Source: Eledone cirrhosa
Taxonomy: Eukaryota
Direction: 5' to 3'
Assembly: GCA_964016885.1 (NCBI GenBank)
Contig: OZ024741.1
Span: 49,104,001 to 49,168,000 of the forward strand
Length of the DNA stretch: 64,000 nt
In this document: positions 58,791 to 64,000 of the stretch, in pieces
Position numbering within the stretch: position 1 is the first letter of the stretch
Layout: every line of letters begins with the position of its first letter
Position numbers and translations under genes: made by a program
Notes under the pieces: model-generated
The model's database searches: none
What the model saw: only the letters and a program-made list of their open reading frames with translations
Told to the model about the DNA's origin: nothing

Positions 58791-61361
58791 TGGGGAGTTA
58801 CTATACCAGTAGTAACTAGTCTATACTAGGTCTATTACTGTGATAATGTGGAGTTACTATACCAGTAGTAACTAGTCTATACTAGATCTATTACTGTGAT
58901 AATGGGGTGTTACTATACCAGTAGTAACTAGTCTATACTAGATCTACTACTGTGATAATGGGGTGTTACTATACCAGTAGTAACTAGTCTATACTAGATC
59001 TATTACTGTGACAGTGGGGAGTTACTATACCAGTAGTAACTAGTCTATACTAGATCTATTACTGTGATAATGGGGAGTTACTATACCAGTAGTAACTAGT
59101 CTATACTAGATCTATTACTGTGATAATGAAGAGTTACTATACCAGTAGTAACTAGTCTATACTAGATCTATTACTGTGATAACGTGGAGCTACTATACCA
59201 GTAGTAACTAGTCTATACTAGATCTATTAGTGTGATAATGTGGAGTTACTGTACCAGTAGTAACTAGTCTATACTAGATCTATTACTGTGATAATGGGGA
59301 GTTACTATACCAGTAGTAACTAGTCTATACTAGATCTATTACTGTGATAATGGGGAGTTACTGTACCAGTAGTAACTAGTCTATACTAGATCTATTACTG
59401 TGATAATGGGGAGTTACTATACCAGTAGTAACTAGTCTATACTAGATCTATTACTGTGATAATGGGGTGTTACTATACCAGTAGTAACTAGTCTATACTG
59501 GATCTATTACTGTGATAATGGGGAGTTACTATACCAGTAGTAACTAGTCTATACTAGATCTATTACTGTGATAATGTGGAGTTACTATACCAGTAGTAAC
59601 TAGTCTATACTAGATCTATCACTGTGATAATGGGGATTTACTATACCAATAGTAACTAGTCTATACTAGATCTATTACTGTGATAATGTGGAGTTACTAT
59701 ACCAGTAGTAACTAGTCTATACTAGATCTATTACTGTGATAATGGGGTGTTACTATACCAGTAGTAACTAGTCTATACTAGATCTATTACTGTGATAATG
59801 GGGAGTTACTATACCAGTAGTAACTAGTCTATACTAGAACTAATACTGTGATAATGGTGTGTTACTATACCAGTAGTAACTAGTCTATACTAGATCTATT
59901 ACTGTGATAATGGGGAGTTACTATTCCAGTAGAAACTAGTCTATACTAGATCTGTTACTGTGATAATGTGGAGTTACACTACCAGTAGTAACTAGTCTAT
60001 ACTAGATCTATTACTGTGATAATGAAGAGTTACTATACCAGTAGTAACTAGTCTATACTAGATCTATTACTGTGATAATGTGGAGTTACTATACCAGTAG
60101 TAACAAGTCTATACTAGATCTATTACTGTGATCATGTGGAGTTACTGTACCAGTAGTAACTTGTCTATACTAGATCTATTACTGTGATAATGGGGAGTTA
60201 CTATACCAGTAGTAACTAGTCTATACTAGGTCTATTACTGTGATAATGTGGAGTTACTATACCAGTAGTAACTAGTCTATACTAGATCTATTACTGTGAT
60301 AATGGGGTGTTACTATACCAGTAGTAACTAGTCTATACTAGATCTACTACTGTGATAATGGGGTGTTACTATACCAGTAGTAACTAGTCTATACTAGATC
60401 TATTACTGTGATAATGGGGAGTTACTATACCAGTAGTAACTAGTCTATACTAGATCTATTACTGTGATAATGGGGAGTTACTATACCAGTAGAAACTAGT
60501 CTATACTAGATCTATTACTGTGATAATGGGGAGTTACTATACCAGTAGAAACTAGTCTATACTAGATCTATTACTGTGATAATGGGCAGTTACTATACCA
60601 GTAGAAACTAGTCTATACTAGATCCATTACTGTGATAATGGAGTGTTACTATACCAGTAGTAACTAGTCTATACTAGATCTATTACTGTGATAATATGGA
60701 GTTACACTACCATTAGTAACTAGTCTATACTAGATCTATTACTGTGATAATGTGGAGTTACTATACCAGTAGAAACTAGTCTATACTAGATCTATTACTG
60801 TGATAATGGGGTGTTACTATACCAGTAGAAACTAGTCTATACTAGATCTATTACTGTGATAATGGGGAGTTACTATACCAGTAGAAACTAGTCTATAATA
60901 GATCTATTACTGTGATAATGGGGAGTTACTATACCAGTAGTAACTAGTCTATACTAGATCTATTACTGTGATAATGGGGAGTTACTATACCAGTAGAAAC
61001 TAGTCTATACTAGATCTATTACTGTGATAATGGGGAGTTACTATACCAGTAGTAACTAGTCTATACTAGATCTATTACTGTGATAATGGGGAGTTACTAT
61101 ACCAGTAGAAACTAGTCTATACTAGATCTATTACTGTGATAATGGGGAGTTACTATACCAGTAGTAACTAGTCTATACTAGATCTATTACTGTGATAATG
61201 GGGAGTTACTATACCAGTAGAAACTAGTCTATACTAGATCTATTACTGTGATAATGGGGAGTTACTATACCAGTAGAAACTAGTCTATACTAGATCTACT
61301 TCTGGGATAAAATGTTCTTATTTGGTGCTAAATCCTCAGAATATCATTTATGACAGGACAT

Positions 61362-61899
61362 GGATGATTGTGGTGGTGGTGGTATTGCTGATGACGATGG
61401 TGGTGATGATGATGATGATGGTAGTTTTGATAATGATATTGGTGATGATGATGATGATGGTGGTGGTGGTATTGATAATGATATTGGTGATGATAATGAT
61501 GATGGTGGTGGTGGTATTGATAATGATATTGGTGATGATAATGATGATGATGATGGTAGTGGTGGTGATGATGACGATGGTGGTGGAGATGATAATGATG
61601 GTGGTGATGATGCGGATGATGGTGATGATGGTGATGGTGGTGGGGATGATGATGATGGTAAAGATGATAGTGGTGGTTGTGTTGGTGGTGATGATGATAA
61701 ACATGATGATGATGGTGAGGAAAATGATGACAGTGGTGGTGGTAATGATGATGATAAAGATGCTAGTGGCGATTGTGTTGGTGGTGATGATGATGGTGGT
61801 CATTATGATGATGATAAAGATGATGATGATTTTGATGATGGTGATGGTGATGTTGATAAAGATGATGACAGTGGTGGTGGTGATGATAATGATGATGAT
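61362..61899. repeat. Compound (GAT)n/(GGT)n trinucleotide microsatellite
   Basis: Directly visible. It explains the three low-complexity ORFs (D/G-, M/V- and I/T-rich). Confidence 0.95.
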
Positions 61900-62058
61900 T
61901 TGTCACATTGGTACATGGTCAGAAATCCATATGAAAGGGTCATAGTTAATTGAGATGGACCCTAATAGATGGCAGCTGGCCATATTTGATCAGCCCCCTC
62001 CGGAAAGGTTTATAATCCTGAAATATAATTAACATGTCAATTGAATGAATCCCATAGG

Positions 62059-62533
62059 CACACATACACACACAGACATACACAGACATAGACATACACA
62101 CTGACATAGCCATAGACATACACACAGAGGCACACAGACACACATACACACAGTCACTTAGAGACACACACACAGACACACACATACAGACACACACACA
62201 CACTGACACACACACTTAGACACTGACATACAGACACTGACACACAAATGCAGACACACACATGGACACAGATATAGACGCCCACACAGACACAGATACA
62301 CTGACATACAGACACACACAGACACTCACACAGACACATACATACAGGCACAATACATACACACAGACACATACATACAGGCACAATACATACACACACA
62401 CACATACACACACACACACATACACACAGATACAGATGCACACACACAGACACACATACCCAGACATACACACACACAGACCCACAGACATACACATACA
62501 CACAGACACAGACACATACACATATACACAGAC
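62059..62533. repeat. Degenerate (CA)n/(CAGA/CATA)n microsatellite with an internal 33-bp duplication
   Basis: Directly visible. CAGGCACAATAC is at 62345 and 62378. It explains the C/V- and T/H-rich ORFs. Confidence 0.95.
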
Positions 62534-62552
62534 TAAGCTTCAATTTGATCAG

Positions 62553-62603
62553 TATTACTGGCACATATTTTATGAGAAGAGGGAGATGCCAAGTTGACTC
62601 CAG
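62553..62603 (-). mobile_element. Possible highly decayed SINE core fragment
   Basis: TTACTGGCACATATTTTATGA...GAGGGAGATGCCAAGTTGACTCC loosely parallels TTACTGGTACTTCATTTTATTGA...GGATGAAAGGCAAAGCTAACCTC of the SINE at 63718-63771. This is a by-eye alignment only. Confidence 0.3.
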
Positions 62604-62679
62604 AAAAAGGGGAGGTCTCTAAAGGGAGGTAACTAAGTCTTTTGTTTGGCTTTCTTCTTTCTCCCACTTCAGTGTTCTT

Positions 62680-62714
62680 ACAACAACAATGATTTCTAAC
62701 ATAGGCACAAGGCC
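62680..62714 (-). mobile_element. SINE-type 3' tail (GGCCTTGTGCCTATGTTAGAAATC + (TTG)n on the minus strand)
   Basis: TTTCTAACATAGGCACAAGGCC matches TTTCTACATTTGGCACAAGGCC at 63678-63699. A short (CAA)n tail precedes it on the + strand. Confidence 0.65.
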
Positions 62715-62801
62715 CCACGTTTTGGTACGAGTTATAAGACAAAGCACAACAGGCATCAATCCTAACCATAATTTCATAGTTAGAATAGCGGGGCTAGGGT
62801 G

Positions 62802-62827
62802 CCGGAAGCGAGGGGCCAGTGACGTCA
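62802..62827. promoter_or_regulatory. ETS-like (CCGGAAG) and perfect CRE/ATF (TGACGTCA) motifs in a locally GC/CpG-richer segment
   Basis: CCGGAAG is at 62802-62808 and TGACGTCA at 62820-62827. This is motif presence only, with no evidence of function. Confidence 0.25.
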
Positions 62828-63033
62828 CATGGGAAGTTTGTGGGCTTTTTCGGGTGTTTATTCTGATTAAAGTGGGTACCACGTACGATGTGTGTGTGAT
62901 CAAGGCTACTTTGATTGAGTGTATGAAAATTGCTATATACCCTTGCCTGATGTAAAACAGGTGATCATCCACGCAGGGAGATTCAGTCCGGAGCCGTGTG
63001 AAGATGTGAACGTAGATCCCTTCGTTTCCTACA

Positions 63034-63319
63034 AGAATATATGCTACGGTTAGGACGAGAGCCACAGCTTCTGCAGCCGAGTGGAGTAAGACCCTCAAAT
63101 ACTCTGATCTGTCGGCCAGCTACATTTTTTAGCCTGTGGCTTTCGAGACATTTGGGGGAGTCGGGCCGCTGACTGCGAAGGTTCCTTTCCTCACTGGCGG
63201 CTTGCCTAACAGAGATAACTGGCGAATCTCGCGAGGGCGTTTGGCTGTTTCAGCGCATCAGCCTCGCCATCACCCGAGGCAACGCTGCGAGTGTGCTGGC
63301 TTGCCTCAAAAATCATTAG
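63034..63319 (+). mobile_element. Decayed, 5'-truncated CRE-clade non-LTR retrotransposon: C-terminus of the restriction-like endonuclease domain (pseudogenised)
   Basis: Manual translation of 63061-63180 gives ATASAAEWSKTLKYSDLSASYIF*PVAFETFGGVGPLTAK. After a +1 frameshift, 63182-63319 gives FLSSLAACLTEITGESREGVWLFQRISLAITRGNAASVLACLKNH*. The pattern AE..K..KY / F.P.A.ET.G..G / LFQRIS.A..RGNA is the recognisable terminal signature of CRE-clade ORFs. There is a premature TAG at 63130-63132. Confidence 0.85.
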
Positions 63320-63670
63320 AGAGGTTGCCCAGTACTCCTCGCGATGTTGCTGTCTTTTGCTCTGGTGTTGGCTCCGTTGTTCACCCCTTCCTTTACATTT
63401 TCTTTAATATTGTAACATTAAAAGAATATATCTTTCTGAATGAATCGCAAGCAATTTATAATGTTATCGAAGCATTTGGAATGTTATTTATGTATATATT
63501 TAAAACATATTTGTTATGTTATTCCACTGTAAATTTATTTATATGCTCTGTTTATATTTTCATTCTGAAAGAATTGCAAACGATCTGTAATGTATTTATG
63601 TATATATTCTATAAATATATATGACAGAAATACCAAACACCTCCTCTTCAATATAATAGTAATGATAATA

Positions 63671-63857
63671 ATAATTGTTTCTACATTTGGCACAAGGCCA
63701 GCAATTACCCCAGTGCATTACTGGTACTTCATTTTATTGACCCCATAAGGATGAAAGGCAAAGCTAACCTCGGCGGGATTTGAACTCAGAACGTAAAGGG
63801 GCGTAACTCTATGTTGAATAACATGGTGTCTGAAGCTCTACCGATACTGCCAATCCA
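63671..63857 (-). mobile_element. tRNA-derived SINE (octopus-type), near full length
   Basis: The minus strand has an A-box-like TGGCAGTATCGG (63852-63841), a B box GTTCAAATC (63785-63777), a core GCCTTTCATCCTTATGGGGTCAATAAAATGAAGTACCAG, a tail GGCCTTGTGCCAAATGTAGAAAC and an (ATT)n end. The family assignment is recalled, not searched. Confidence 0.85.
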
Positions 63858-63928
63858 ATAATGAAAATTATTGTGTACAGTGCTCAGGTGCACTACAACT
63901 CATGAAAGGTGCATGTATAGTACATGGA

Positions 63929-64000
63929 ATAATTGTTTCTGCTTTTGGCACAAGGCCAGCAATTACCCCAGTGCATTACTGGTGCTTTATTTTATCGACC
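63929..64000 (-). mobile_element. Second copy of the same SINE (3' portion), cut by the window end
   Basis: ATAATTGTTTCT...TTTGGCACAAGGCCAGCAATTACCCCAGTGCATTACTGGT matches 63671 onward at an offset of 258 bp. Confidence 0.85.

Larger units (their letters stand above)
1..61310. repeat. 56-bp satellite / giant minisatellite array, ~1,095 monomers, single orientation, open at the left window edge
   Basis: The monomer recurs every 56 bp (TACTATACCA at 841, 1681, 2521 ... 26041). After three indels the register is shifted by a net -2 (61151). The last partial monomer is 61263-61310. There are stops in all frames and no ORF-track entries here. Confidence 0.99.

Noticed and set aside
60850-61262. 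G-quadruplex from GGGG monomers
   Set aside because: The G-runs are 52 bp apart, too far for a canonical G4.
1-61310. CRISPR-like array (palindromic constant part plus variable slot)
   Set aside because: The variable part is only ~6-7 bp, consists of point variants of one sequence reused hundreds of times, and has no unique spacers or cas genes. The context is eukaryotic.
1-61310. Repeat-protein coding sequence
   Set aside because: 56 is not a multiple of 3, and TAG/TAA/TGA stops are dense on both strands.
61322-61953. ORFs 61322-61945, 61348-61803 and 61360-61953 (Asp/Gly-rich acidic protein; tail VRNPYERV resembles a sulfotransferase motif)
   Set aside because: Open frames are expected in GAT/GGT repeats. 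The motif-like tail is 8 residues followed almost immediately by a stop, with no domain context. RNA-seq would be needed to revive it.
61946-62030. Possible minus-strand exon after the acceptor-like TTATATTTCAG (62028-62018)
   Set aside because: It gives only 23 codons to a stop with no recognisable homology, and such motifs are common by chance.
61946-62597. Five Cys/Val- or Thr/His-rich ORFs
   Set aside because: They are translations of the (CA)n-type microsatellite.
62533-63098. ORFs 62533-62769, 62619-63098 and 62689-62955
   Set aside because: No recognisable motifs. They overlap repeat-derived sequence (SINE tail, antisense of the CRE remnant).
63136-63624. 162-aa ORF as a real gene
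   Set aside because: Only the first ~15 codons are in the CRE frame. The remainder is out-of-frame read-through into AT-rich DNA.
63770-63857. tRNA gene
   Set aside because: A and B boxes are present but I see no cloverleaf, and the sequence runs directly into a SINE core and tail.

Overview
Eukaryotic, non-genic window. Positions 1-61310 (96%) are one uninterrupted head-to-tail array of about 1,095 copies of a 56-bp, 32%-GC monomer (TACTATACCAGTAGTAACTAGTCTATACTAGATCTATTACTGTGATAATG[T/G]GGAGT). The array shows nested higher-order duplications (4-, 5-, 40-, 41-, 46-, 77-, 82-, 115- and 147-monomer offsets), regional variant families and almost no indels. The monomer is built almost entirely from abutting dyads. 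The array ends abruptly. It is followed by a (GAT/GGT)n tract, a CA-rich tract, a short CpG-richer segment, a decayed 3' end of a CRE-clade (restriction-like endonuclease) non-LTR retrotransposon, and tandem minus-strand tRNA-derived SINE copies. The SINEs resemble, from memory, the abundant octopus SINEs, so the source is probably a cephalopod (inference). I find no intact protein-coding gene, CRISPR array or new enzymatic system. The ORF-track entries are low-complexity or chance ORFs, except the first ~15 codons of 63136-63624, which belong to the CRE remnant. The most notable items are the satellite architecture and the CRE remnant, which the ORF track only partly captures.
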